62,598 bases of DNA, taken from contig CAMASG010000004.1 of assembly GCA_945860945.1 (NCBI GenBank), positions 1-62,598 on the forward strand, read 5' to 3'. A program made the position numbers and the translations under genes. Shown one piece after another: positions 48,137 to 57,459 of this stretch (position 1 is its first letter; each line of letters starts with the position of its first letter). Origin of the DNA: Akkermansia muciniphila. GTDB lineage: Bacteria; Verrucomicrobiota; Verrucomicrobiia; Limisphaerales; SIAT01. The notes below the pieces were generated by a model, which was given only the letters and a program-made list of their open reading frames with translations, did no database searches and was not told the DNA's origin.

Positions 48137-48939
48137 ATGAAGACTGCTTTCAATCCATCGCCTTTGTTGCCGTTACGCGCTGCTCTCGATGCGCATCCGG
48201 TTTACCAATCCGTTCGCACGCTGGATGACCTACGCTGTTTCATGCAGCATCACGTCTATCCGGTTTGGGATTTCATGTCGTTGCTGAAGTCGCTTCAGCA
48301 GACGCTCGCGCCGTCGTCAGTGCCGTGGCTTCCGGTGGGAAATCCGCAGCTGCGCCGTTTTGTAAATGAGATCGTGCTTGCCGAAGAGTCCGACGAAGGG
48401 CTCCCAGGAACGGGGGGCGCACGACGCACGTCAGCCATTTCGAGCTTTATCTACAAGCGATGCGTGAAGTCGGCGCCGACACAAGCCGCCCGCCGCAGTT
48501 CCTTGAGCGCGTCCGGCAGAGCGGCCTCGAAGCGGGATTGAGTTCCGGACTTGCGCCCCCGCCGTGTGTCGAGTTCATGCGCGCGACATTCGGCTTCATC
48601 GCCACCGGCAAACCGCACGTTGTGGCCGCGGCTTTCTCGCTCGGTCGCGAAGAAATCGTTCCGGGCATGTTCCGCGCGCTGTTGAGCCGGATGCATATCG
48701 CACCGCAACAGGCTCCTTCATTTCACTATTATCTAAATCGGCATTTGGAGTTGGACGAGGGATCGCACGGACCGCTGGCGATGTTGCTGTTAGACGAACT
48801 CTGCGGTGGTGACGGCGTCAAGTTGCGCGAAGCGGAGATCGCCGCGGAGCAAGCCATCCGTGCGCGCCTCCATTTCTGGGACGGCGTGCAGGCGGCCATT
48901 CACGAACAGGCCAAGCGTCCCGTGGCGGTTGCGGTCTAA
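48137..48939 (+). pseudogene. DUF3050 (heme-oxygenase-like fold) gene split by a frameshift at a G6 run (48412-48417)
   Basis: Frame A gives [20 protein letters not shown]...[10 protein letters not shown]; frame B continues [18 protein letters not shown]...AFSLGREEIVP...YYLNRHLELD..HGP; adding one G joins them. Confidence 0.8.
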
Positions 48940-48962
48940 TCCAGAATCCCTCGCGCTGAGGT

Positions 48963-48991
48963 TTGCCAAGCCGCTGGAGGTACGCTAGTTT
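48963..48991 (+). promoter_or_regulatory. Putative sigma70 promoter
   Basis: TTGCCA-17bp-TAGTTT, 20 nt before ATG 49012. Confidence 0.5.
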
Positions 48992-49011
48992 GCGCTCGCG
49001 TATCACCTCTT

Positions 49012-49581
49012 ATGGAAACCTTGCTCAGCATTCTTGTCGGGATTGGACTCAGTGCGGCGTGTGGCTTTCGCGTCTTCATTCCGCCGCTCATCATCAGCAT
49101 TGCCGCGTCATCGGGACATTTGAAGCTCGCTGGCGAATTCGCATGGATGGCGGGTACGCCGGCGCTGATCGCTTTCAGCATCGCGGCAGGCCTTGAAATC
49201 GCAGCCTACTACGTCCCGTGGCTGGACAACCTGCTCGACACTGCCGCGACGCCAGCGGCCATCGTCGCAGGCAGCATTGTCAGCGCCTCGATGGTCGGCG
49301 ATGTGAGCCCTTTTCTGAAATGGACACTGGCGATCATCGCCGGCGGCGGTGCGGCGGCGGCGGTGCAGGGAGTCACAGTCGTTGCGCGTGGGGCTTCCAC
49401 GGCGCTCACCGGAGGACTCGCCAACTGGGTCGTGGCCACGGGCGAATGGCTCGCTGCCATCGTCACCGCGATTCTTGCCGTGATGCTTCCCATTCTCGCT
49501 CTTCTTTTGCTTGTCGTGTCTGGCGCGTTGATTCTGTGGTGGGCGCTCCGCAAAAAGACGGTCAAGCCCGCGGCCGTGTGA
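49012..49581 (+). CDS. DUF4126 membrane protein
   Basis: GLSAACGFRVFIP, EIAAYYVPWLDNLLD, multiple TM helices. Confidence 0.85.
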   Translation: METLLSILVGIGLSAACGFRVFIPPLIISIAASSGHLKLAGEFAWMAGTPALIAFSIAAGLEIAAYYVPWLDNLLDTAATPAAIVAGSIVSASMVGDVSPFLKWTLAIIAGGGAAAAVQGVTVVARGASTALTGGLANWVVATGEWLAAIVTAILAVMLPILALLLLVVSGALILWWALRKKTVKPAAV

Positions 49582-49646
49582 GCAGACTTCTCTCCGCGCA
49601 AACTGAAGGTTGAACAGGTTTGCCGCGTCTTCTAGGCTGCATGTCT

Positions 49647-50936
49647 ATGAACCGAAGCCACATTCCACTTCTCGCATTCGCGCTCGTTATCTCCAATGTT
49701 TCCGCCGCGAATTGGCCAGCGTGGCGCGGAGCGGAAGGTACAGGTGTTTCCTCCGAGAAAGATTTTCCGCTTCAATGGAGTGTTACGAATGGCGTGACCA
49801 ATAATGTGAAGTGGCGCGTGGCGTTGCCCGAACGCGGCAACTCGACGCCGATTGTCTGGGGCAAGCGCATTTTCGTCACGCAAGCTATGGAGAAGGATGG
49901 TCGCCGCGAATTGTTCTGCTTCGACCGCGCAGACGGTAAACGGCTCTGGCAGCAAGGCGTCACGTTCACGGAGAAGGAATTGACCCACGGCACCAACCCG
50001 CAGTGCTCGGCATCGCCGGTCACTGATGGCGAGCGGGTCATCGCCTCGTATGGTTCGGCCGGCATTTATTGTTACGACATGGATGGGAAGGAGCTTTGGT
50101 ATCGTGACCTCGGCAAGCAGACGCACATCTGGGGAGGAGCGGCATCGCCGGTGATTCACGGCGACCTGTGCCTGCTCAACTTCGGTCCCGGAGCGAACAC
50201 GTTTCTCATCGCGCTCGATAAGCGGACCGGTAAAACCATTTGGCAGCACGACGAGTCAGGCGGCCATTCGGGCGAGAAAAAAGCGAGCGAGCAGGGGAAC
50301 CAGTGGATTGGTTCGTGGACGACGCCGGTGGTGATCAAAGTCGGCGGTCGCGAGGAGTTGGTGATGAGTTGGCCGAAGCGCGTGGCGGGCTTCGACTTGA
50401 AGGCTGGCAAAGAACTTTGGACCTGCGCGGGGCTCAATCTGCTCGTGTACACCTCGCCCATTCACGGTGACGGCATCGTGGTCGCGATGGGGGGGTTCGG
50501 CGGTTCGGATCTCGCGGTGCGACTTGGCGGTACGGGCGACGTCACGGCCACTCATCGGCTCTGGCAACATCCGCGCAACACGCAGCGCATCGGTTCGGGC
50601 GTCGTCAACGGGGGCCATGCATACATCTTGAACGAATCGGGCGTGGTGCAGTGCATCGACATCAAAACCGGCGAGGACAAGTGGGCCGCTGAGAAGCCGC
50701 GTCTCACGGGTATTGGCGGTCGCTCGACGTCGTGGGGTTCGATGGTGCTCGCTGGTGACCGGATTTATGTGATGAACAAAAGCGCGGATACCTTCGTGCT
50801 GAAGGCCAATCCGAAGTTCGAGTTGCTCGCCTTGAATTCCCTCAACGAACCGACGGAATCTTCGCCCGCGCCTTCGGACGGCGAGATTTTCCTGCGCACA
50901 TATAAAGCACTTTGGTGCATCGGTCAGAAGAAATAA
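49647..50936 (+). CDS. PQQ-like beta-propeller protein (BamB-like, PVC-expanded family)
   Basis: Signal peptide; NWPAWRG, GNSTPIVWG, ASPVTDG, SSPAPSDGEIFLRT. Confidence 0.88.
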   Translation: MNRSHIPLLAFALVISNVSAANWPAWRGAEGTGVSSEKDFPLQWSVTNGVTNNVKWRVALPERGNSTPIVWGKRIFVTQAMEKDGRRELFCFDRADGKRLWQQGVTFTEKELTHGTNPQCSASPVTDGERVIASYGSAGIYCYDMDGKELWYRDLGKQTHIWGGAASPVIHGDLCLLNFGPGANTFLIALDKRTGKTIWQHDESGGHSGEKKASEQGNQWIGSWTTPVVIKVGGREELVMSWPKRVAGFDLKAGKELWTCAGLNLLVYTSPIHGDGIVVAMGGFGGSDLAVRLGGTGDVTATHRLWQHPRNTQRIGSGVVNGGHAYILNESGVVQCIDIKTGEDKWAAEKPRLTGIGGRSTSWGSMVLAGDRIYVMNKSADTFVLKANPKFELLALNSLNEPTESSPAPSDGEIFLRTYKALWCIGQKK

Positions 50937-50987
50937 TCGCGCGGCATGCGCGCGCGAAGCATTCAACCCGTCATGAGACAACCCTCG

Positions 50988-52988
50988 ATGAAATCGATCG
51001 CCCTGTTATTCCTCGTATCCGTGTGCTCGCTGGCCGCTGCGCCGTTCGGGTCATTGCCGCCAAACGCCACGCGCGGCGATCGGATGTTCGCCGACTATTT
51101 CAAACTCGAGACCGCGCGGTTGGCGGACCGTAGTTTGGCCGAGATTAAAACGCTCGATGATTGGAACGCGCGAAAGACCGAGTATCGCCGTCAACTCGGC
51201 GAGATGCTCGGGCTCGATCCGATGCCTGCGCGCACGGATCTGAAACCCGTCGTCACCGGTCGCGTGGATCATCCTGAGTTCACGGTCGAGAACCTGCACT
51301 TCCAGTCGTCGCCCGGCCTGTATGTCACCGCGAATCTTTATCTGCCGAAGAAGCTGACGAAGCCTGCACCGGCGATTCTCTACGTCTGCGGCCACGCGGT
51401 GGTGAAGACGAACGGCGTGAGCTACGGCAACAAGACCGGCTACCAGCACCACGGCGCGTGGTTCGCGCGCAACGGCTACGTCTGCCTCACCATCGACACC
51501 ATCCAACTCGGCGAGATCGAGGGGATGCATCACGGCACGCATCGCTTTGCGAATTGGTGGTGGAACGCGCGCGGCTACACGCCGGCTGGCGTCGAAGCGT
51601 GGAACGGCATTCGCGCGCTCGATTATCTCGAGACGCGGCCGGAAGTGGACAAGACGCGGTTCGGTGTGACCGGTCGCTCCGGTGGTGGCGCTTACTCGTG
51701 GTGGGTCGCTGCGCTGGATGAACGAGTCAAGGTCGCCGCGCCTGTCGCCGGCATCACGGATTTGAAAAACCACGTGGTGGATGGTGTCGTCGAGGGTCAT
51801 TGCGATTGCATGTTTCATGTGAACAGTCGCGGCTGGGATTACGCGCAGATTGCCGCGCTTGTTTCCCCGCGACCGCTGCTCATCTGCAACACGGACAAGG
51901 ATTCGATCTTCCCGTTGGACGGTGTCGCGCGCGTTCACGAGAAAACGCGGCGCATCTACGACCTTCACAAGGCCGGCGGCAATCTTGGTTTACTCATCAC
52001 CGAAGGCCCGCACAAGGATACGCAGGATTTGCAGGTGCCGGTCTTCCGCTGGTTCAACCGCTTTCTCAAAGACGAGCAGACGCCTATCACGCTCGCCGTA
52101 GAAAAACTCTTCACGCCGGCGCAGCTGAAGGTTTTCGATAAACTTCCCGCCGACGAACGCGTGACGAAGATCCACGAAACATTTGTGCCGATGGCGACCG
52201 GTGACAAAGCCATCACGCCCGAGGTGCTGCGGGCGAAAGTCTTCATTGGCTGGCCGGAGAAGGTTGGATCGACGGCCGTGCGCGAACTGGCTCGTGTTGA
52301 AACGAACGGCGTGCGACTCACCGCGCACGAGTTTGAGAGTCAGCCGGGCGTGACGCTCCGTTTTTATCTCGCGCAGCCGGTGGCGACGAAAGCGAAGGCG
52401 CTGCATCTCGAGGTGGTGGATGATGCGGGTTGGCGTCAGCAACTCCAACTCGCGCGCGCCGGGTTCGCTCCGGCCTTTCGCGAAGAACTGGCGCAGGCGG
52501 GCGTGGACGCTTCGACGCCGTTGCCCGAGCCGTTGCGGCAGCAGTTCACCAAATGGATGGGCTACATTCGCGACCACGGCAGCGCCTACATCACCTTCGC
52601 GCCGCGCGGCGCGGGCTTCACCGCGTTGAGTAGCGACGAGAAGCATCGCACGCAGACGCGCCGCCGTTTCATGCTGCTCGGCCAGACGCTCGATGGGATG
52701 CGCGTGTGGGATGTCCGCCGCGCGCTGCAATCCGCGCGCACGCTGGACGGGCTCGGTGATTTGCCGACGGTGTTCTGGGGCAATGGAAGCGCGGGATGCA
52801 ACGCGCTCGTCGCCTCACTCTTCGAACCGCGCATCGCCGAACTGCAGATCACGGGCTTGCCGGAGAGTGAAAAGGAGTGGCCCGATTATCTCAACGCGTG
52901 GCGCGTGACCACGCCGAAGCAGTTGATCTCGCTCGCCAGCGCGCGGAGCAAGTTGCCTGCGCCATCGAAGAAGACTTCAAAGAAGTGA
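50988..52988 (+). CDS. Secreted alpha/beta-hydrolase (acetylxylan esterase/dienelactone hydrolase-like)
   Basis: Signal peptide MKSIALLF; AILYVCGH, nucleophile motif GRSGGG, HCDC. Confidence 0.8.
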   Translation: MKSIALLFLVSVCSLAAAPFGSLPPNATRGDRMFADYFKLETARLADRSLAEIKTLDDWNARKTEYRRQLGEMLGLDPMPARTDLKPVVTGRVDHPEFTVENLHFQSSPGLYVTANLYLPKKLTKPAPAILYVCGHAVVKTNGVSYGNKTGYQHHGAWFARNGYVCLTIDTIQLGEIEGMHHGTHRFANWWWNARGYTPAGVEAWNGIRALDYLETRPEVDKTRFGVTGRSGGGAYSWWVAALDERVKVAAPVAGITDLKNHVVDGVVEGHCDCMFHVNSRGWDYAQIAALVSPRPLLICNTDKDSIFPLDGVARVHEKTRRIYDLHKAGGNLGLLITEGPHKDTQDLQVPVFRWFNRFLKDEQTPITLAVEKLFTPAQLKVFDKLPADERVTKIHETFVPMATGDKAITPEVLRAKVFIGWPEKVGSTAVRELARVETNGVRLTAHEFESQPGVTLRFYLAQPVATKAKALHLEVVDDAGWRQQLQLARAGFAPAFREELAQAGVDASTPLPEPLRQQFTKWMGYIRDHGSAYITFAPRGAGFTALSSDEKHRTQTRRRFMLLGQTLDGMRVWDVRRALQSARTLDGLGDLPTVFWGNGSAGCNALVASLFEPRIAELQITGLPESEKEWPDYLNAWRVTTPKQLISLASARSKLPAPSKKTSKK

Positions 52989-53027
52989 CGCGAAGGGAAG
53001 CGTTCGCGAACTGAACCGGCTGCGCTT

Positions 53028-54443
53028 TCACGCGCCCGCTGGCAGTATCTCGCGGATCGGTTCGCCGAACGGAAGGATCGGCATCGGGCGGCCGCTGTGG
53101 TCGGGGAAGCTCGCTTCGTAATCGATGCCGAGGTGGCGATAGACCGTGGCCCAGAGATCGTTCGGTGTGAACGGACGTTCAATCGGATGTTCGCCGCGGC
53201 TGTTCGTCGCGCCGACGACCTGTCCGGTGCGCATGCCCCCGCCGGAGACGAGCATCGAGAAGGCTCCGGGCCAGTGGTCGCGGCCGGGCTGCGCCGCTTT
53301 CGTCTGGGTGCCCATCTGCGTGTTGAGCCGCGGCGTGCGGCCGAACTCGCCGGTGACGACGAGCAGTACGTCCTTGTCCAGACCGCGCGCGTAAAGATCC
53401 TCGATGAGCGCCGTGACGGCTTGATCGTAATACGGCAAACGCCAGCGGCAATCGTCGAAGATGTGGGCGTTCACCGCGTGCGAATCCCAGTTGTACGTGC
53501 CGCCCTCGGGCATCTTCGTCCCGGGATGTTCCCAGACCATCGTGACGAACCGGCAGCCGGCCTCGACGAGTCGCCGCGCCATCAGCCCCCGTTGGCCGTA
53601 GGCGTGCATGCCGTAACGCTCGCGTGTCCGCTTGGATTCCTGCGTGAGATCGAACGCCGCGCGCACCTGCGGGCTGGTGAGCATCTCAAAGGCGCGCTGG
53701 CTGAAGATATCCATCGCCCCCATCAAGCCCGCCTGATCCGCATTGCGCTCGAGACGGTCGAGGCTCCGCATCAGGTGCATGCGGTCATCGAGACGCGCTT
53801 CCATCTCGGGCGTGAGGCCGAGATTCTGCACCTTGAAATCAGGCGAACTCGGATCGCCGCCAACCATGAAAGGGGTGTTCGCGCTGCCAAGCCACGCCGC
53901 GCCGAGACAAAAGGTGTCGATCTGCATCCGGCCGCCATCCGTCCCCGCAATGCACGCCGGCATGCCGCCGGTTTTTCCCGCGAGCAAGCGCGTGATGTAA
54001 GAGGTGACCGCAGGCGCGTCATTCACGAAGCCTGTCGGCTCGGCCGGCTTGCGGCCGGTCATGAACCGCTTGTGCCCACCGCCGTGGTCGGCGAACTCGT
54101 GGTGCATCGAGCGGATGATCGTGTACTTGTCCGCGCACTTCGTGTGGCGTGGCAGCAATTCGCAAACATCGAGACCCCGCACATTGGTGCGCACAGGGCT
54201 GAAGATGCCGCGATACTCCGCCGGCGCGTCCGGCTTCATATCATACATCTCCATGTGCGGTGGACCGCCGGGGAGCCAGACGAAGATGACCGACTTGTCG
54301 CGCGCGGACTTGCCGGCTTCCTTGCCGAGAGCCTGCAGACGCAGCAAATCGCTGAGTCCCAAGCCGCCAAGGCTCAACGCGCCCGCCTCGAGAAAGCTGC
54401 GGCGTGAGACTGGTCCGGGACAGAATCCGTTGTGGGTACTCAT
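53028..54443 (-). CDS. DUF1501 domain protein (Tat signal), second copy
   Basis: SRRSFL; WLPGGPPHMEMYDMKP, ARRLVEAGCRFV, WDSH, GEFGRTP, GRDHW. Confidence 0.92.
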   Translation of the reverse strand: MSTHNGFCPGPVSRRSFLEAGALSLGGLGLSDLLRLQALGKEAGKSARDKSVIFVWLPGGPPHMEMYDMKPDAPAEYRGIFSPVRTNVRGLDVCELLPRHTKCADKYTIIRSMHHEFADHGGGHKRFMTGRKPAEPTGFVNDAPAVTSYITRLLAGKTGGMPACIAGTDGGRMQIDTFCLGAAWLGSANTPFMVGGDPSSPDFKVQNLGLTPEMEARLDDRMHLMRSLDRLERNADQAGLMGAMDIFSQRAFEMLTSPQVRAAFDLTQESKRTRERYGMHAYGQRGLMARRLVEAGCRFVTMVWEHPGTKMPEGGTYNWDSHAVNAHIFDDCRWRLPYYDQAVTALIEDLYARGLDKDVLLVVTGEFGRTPRLNTQMGTQTKAAQPGRDHWPGAFSMLVSGGGMRTGQVVGATNSRGEHPIERPFTPNDLWATVYRHLGIDYEASFPDHSGRPMPILPFGEPIREILPAGA

Positions 54444-54545
54444 TCCTCTAAGGATGTATGACGTTCAACAGACCATTCCATTCAACCGCCTGCATGGCAA
54501 GGCAAACGAGGCGCGTGGAGGAATGAATGAACCCTTCAGCGGGGG

Positions 54546-54630
54546 ATTTAGACGGGTGAATTACCAATTCAAGCGGTCAAACGACGGATTCAGACGCTTG
54601 GATGGCTCATTCAAGGGGGAAATGACCGAT
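54546..54630. repeat. Short degenerate 21-bp repeat (4 units)
   Basis: ATT(T/C)A at 54546, 54567, 54588, 54609; reads F-x-R-x-N/D heptads on the + strand. Confidence 0.55.
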
Positions 54631-54751
54631 GAGACCGGGAAAGCGCCATAATTATGAGCGGGCGATTCATAAATATGACGTGGAATTCGAGAGATTCTCA
54701 GGGAAGGGATAAATATGGAGAGTGGGAAGAGGTGGGAGGGGTTTGAGTCAT

Positions 54752-54906
54752 CTAGGGAATCGCTGATTTAATCGGCAACCAGAAACTTTGATCCACTTTT
54801 GACCTTCAAAATCCCTTCCTGTGAAATCAAAATCGTTTCTACGCCATCCTGGCGTGTCGGATTTCACGCGAAATTACGAACCTCGATTAAATCAGCCGTT
54901 CCCAAG
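54752..54906. repeat. Nested inverted-repeat element (~155 bp)
   Basis: GCTGATTTAATCG (54762-54774) / CGATTAAATCAGC (54884-54896) perfect, extending to GGGAAT/GTTCCC; inner GTGAAATC/GATTTCAC, ACGCC/GGCGT and TTTTGA/TCAAAA stems. Confidence 0.7.
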
Positions 54907-55004
54907 ATTGAGGGGCGATAAGAAGCTGCTTTTCCCCTGTGTCGCTGCGCGTTATTTCGCGCGGTTGAGACACCTGCAAAGTAGGCCACGCAGAGGCGAA
55001 GTTG

Positions 55005-55060
55005 AAGCCCGCGGGCTTGGTGCGGCTGTGGATTGCCGATGGCAATGACAAGCCCGCGGG
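55005..55060. repeat. REP-like GC-rich palindrome pair
   Basis: AAGCCCGCGGGCTT 14-bp perfect palindrome; CCCGCGGGCTTG / CAAGCCCGCGGG 12-bp inverted repeat enclosing ATTGCC-GAT-GGCAAT. Confidence 0.65.
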
Positions 55061-55092
55061 GGAGCGCTGAGGCGCGTTGAAATTGTTCGCGA

Positions 55093-56400
55093 CTATTTCC
55101 GGCGGAAGTGGCGGTCAGCGAAGTCGAGGTAGCGCGCCCAGTCGTAATCGGTCACATCGTGCTTGCCGGTGCGGACGTGGTAGCCGATGGCGTCGCCAAC
55201 GGGCTTGTTGACCTCCGGCCATTCTGCGACACCGAGTCCGTTCTTGTTGAAGAGGCGATAGACCGGCTCAGCGTGTTTCGCGGAGAGGAACTCGCCCTTC
55301 GGATCGGCCCACTTATCCTCGTCAGCGCTGGCGACATACACGGGGCGCGGCGCGATGAGGGCGATGAGTTGATGGGCGTCCACCGGCAAGCTGGTGGCGT
55401 CTTGATTGTATTTCTTGAAGTTGCCGCAGAACCAGTGCGGGAAGGAGGTATTGATGCGCTCGATGGTCTCGCCGAAGTTGCGTCGCATCAGAGCCGCACC
55501 GCCTTCGCCGGAATCATTTGAGATGACGATGGCGAAACGCTCGTCCTCCGCACCGGCCCAGAGCGCGGCTTTGCCGAGACGCGAGTGGCCGAGGAGCGCG
55601 ATACGCTGGGCGTCCACATCCGTGCGTGTGCCGAGATAATCGAGCGCGCGGCTGAGGCCCCAACCCCACGCGGCGACAGCGCCCCAATCATCCGCTTTCC
55701 ATTGCGTGTCCGCGCCATCCTTGCTGAGCGCAGCGCGCAGGCCGTGCTTCCAACCGGTCGTGTAATCGGGCTCGACGTCGGCGCGGGCGATGGTGGCCAC
55801 GGCGTAGCCGCGCGCGAGAATCGTCTCGAGCGGCCAGCGGCCGATGCTCTTGCCGCGCGTGGTCTCGGCGGGTTTCACGAGCTTGTCGATCTTCGTCTTG
55901 GCATCCGGCGTCCATTGCTCCGCGATGGTGATGGCGGGATCGGCATCAATGGTGTGGTTGCCCTCGAAATTCATCCCGAGGAAGGCGGGCACGGGTTGTT
56001 TCGCGCCGTTCGGCAAAAAGAGGAGGAGCGTCATGCGGTGCCCGCCCTTTTTGCCATCGAGAAAGATGTGGATCTCCTGACGCGTGGCTTTGCCGCCGAG
56101 AGCTTTCGTATCGGCAGCGCCGACTTCGTAAATCAGCTTGGCCGGCTTGGCGGGACTGCGGCCATACATGTGCGTGCGGAAGAGTTCGAGAATTTCAGGC
56201 CGCCGCTTCTCTCGCCAGACTTTCGCGTCGGTGACCTTCGTGCCATCGGCGCAGAGGAGGGGATTGGGCAACGTGTAGGAGACAACTTTCGCTTCGTCGT
56301 AGTTGTAACCAGCAGGCTGGGCCTCGGCGTCGTCGGGAATGAAGGCGGTGGACATGATTGTGGCGATGGCGAACGCGGCGGTGCGGGATGAGAATTTCAT
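55093..56400 (-). CDS. Glucuronoyl esterase-like protein (carbohydrate esterase family 15)
   Basis: Signal peptide; WAWG-like AAWGWG, GHSRLGKAALWAGA nucleophile motif, NDSGEGGAA, HWF, W.DP.GE. Confidence 0.88.
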   Translation of the reverse strand: MKFSSRTAAFAIATIMSTAFIPDDAEAQPAGYNYDEAKVVSYTLPNPLLCADGTKVTDAKVWREKRRPEILELFRTHMYGRSPAKPAKLIYEVGAADTKALGGKATRQEIHIFLDGKKGGHRMTLLLFLPNGAKQPVPAFLGMNFEGNHTIDADPAITIAEQWTPDAKTKIDKLVKPAETTRGKSIGRWPLETILARGYAVATIARADVEPDYTTGWKHGLRAALSKDGADTQWKADDWGAVAAWGWGLSRALDYLGTRTDVDAQRIALLGHSRLGKAALWAGAEDERFAIVISNDSGEGGAALMRRNFGETIERINTSFPHWFCGNFKKYNQDATSLPVDAHQLIALIAPRPVYVASADEDKWADPKGEFLSAKHAEPVYRLFNKNGLGVAEWPEVNKPVGDAIGYHVRTGKHDVTDYDWARYLDFADRHFRRK

Positions 56401-56436
56401 GCGCGCACTTTAAGGAGCGGCGCGCTCGGGCTCAAG

Positions 56437-57459
56437 TCACTTCACGTCCGGCTTTGGCGCAGGCCCCGTGCTGTCACGCACAATGATCTCGGCAGGGAGG
56501 CGCTTGCTCTCGATTGGCTGGCCGCCGAGAAGTTTGAGCATGGATTCCATCGCGGCGATGCCTTGGCGGAACTTGGGCTGGCGCACGGTGGTGAGCGGCA
56601 CGCGGAAATGTTCCGCGGAAAGAATGTTGCCGAAGCCGACGATGGAGAGGTCCTGCGGGATACGGACGCCCTGCTGCATGAAAGTGGTCGCGGCACCGAT
56701 GGCGACGAGGTCGTTCACGCACTGGATGGCCGTGGCGCGCACGCCTTCATCGATCATTTGAAGCGCAGCCTTCGCGCCTTCCTCGATGGTGCCGCCGGCA
56801 TTGAACATCAGCTTGTCCTCGACCTCGATGCCCGCCTCGCGCAACGCGCGGCGATAGCCCTCGAAACGTTCCTGCGCGGTGGGCGCGAAGACTTGTCCAG
56901 CGAAACAGGCGATGCGGCGGTGGCCCAACTCGAGCAGATGACGCGTGACGGCTTTGCTGGCGTTGAGATCGTCGGTCTCCACATTGATGAAACGGGAGCA
57001 GAAGGCTGCGCGATGACCGAGCAGCACGGTGGGCGTGCCGCGCCGGAGCAAGTCGTCGTAGATGCGCGCGTTGGTCTCGCGGCGATAAACGGGGTGGATG
57101 AACAGGCCATCCACGCGCCGCGAGAGTAGGCGGCGGATGCACTCCTCTTCGCGCTCGGGATTGTTCAACGAATGCGCGAGGATAATCTCGTAGCCGAGCG
57201 CGTGAGCTTGCTCTTCGATTGCCATCACCACGCGCGCGTAAATCGGATTCGTTATCGCGGGAATGACGAGGCCGAAAAACTTGGTTGAACGCAGGCGCAG
57301 GCTGCGCGCCGCGGTGTTCGGCACGTAGCCGAATTGATCGGCAAGCTGGCGAATCTTCGCTTTGGTGCGCCCGGAGATGTCCGGTTCGTCGCGCAACGCC
57401 TTCGAGACAGTCATCACCGAGACACCCGCGTGCTGGGCGATGTCCTTCAAACGAATCAT
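56437..57459 (-). CDS. LacI-family transcriptional regulator
   Basis: LKDIAQHAGVSVMTVSKAL HTH, YVPN..ARSL, CVNDLVAIGA, DLSIVGF, LTTVRQP. Confidence 0.95.
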   Translation of the reverse strand: MIRLKDIAQHAGVSVMTVSKALRDEPDISGRTKAKIRQLADQFGYVPNTAARSLRLRSTKFFGLVIPAITNPIYARVVMAIEEQAHALGYEIILAHSLNNPEREEECIRRLLSRRVDGLFIHPVYRRETNARIYDDLLRRGTPTVLLGHRAAFCSRFINVETDDLNASKAVTRHLLELGHRRIACFAGQVFAPTAQERFEGYRRALREAGIEVEDKLMFNAGGTIEEGAKAALQMIDEGVRATAIQCVNDLVAIGAATTFMQQGVRIPQDLSIVGFGNILSAEHFRVPLTTVRQPKFRQGIAAMESMLKLLGGQPIESKRLPAEIIVRDSTGPAPKPDVK

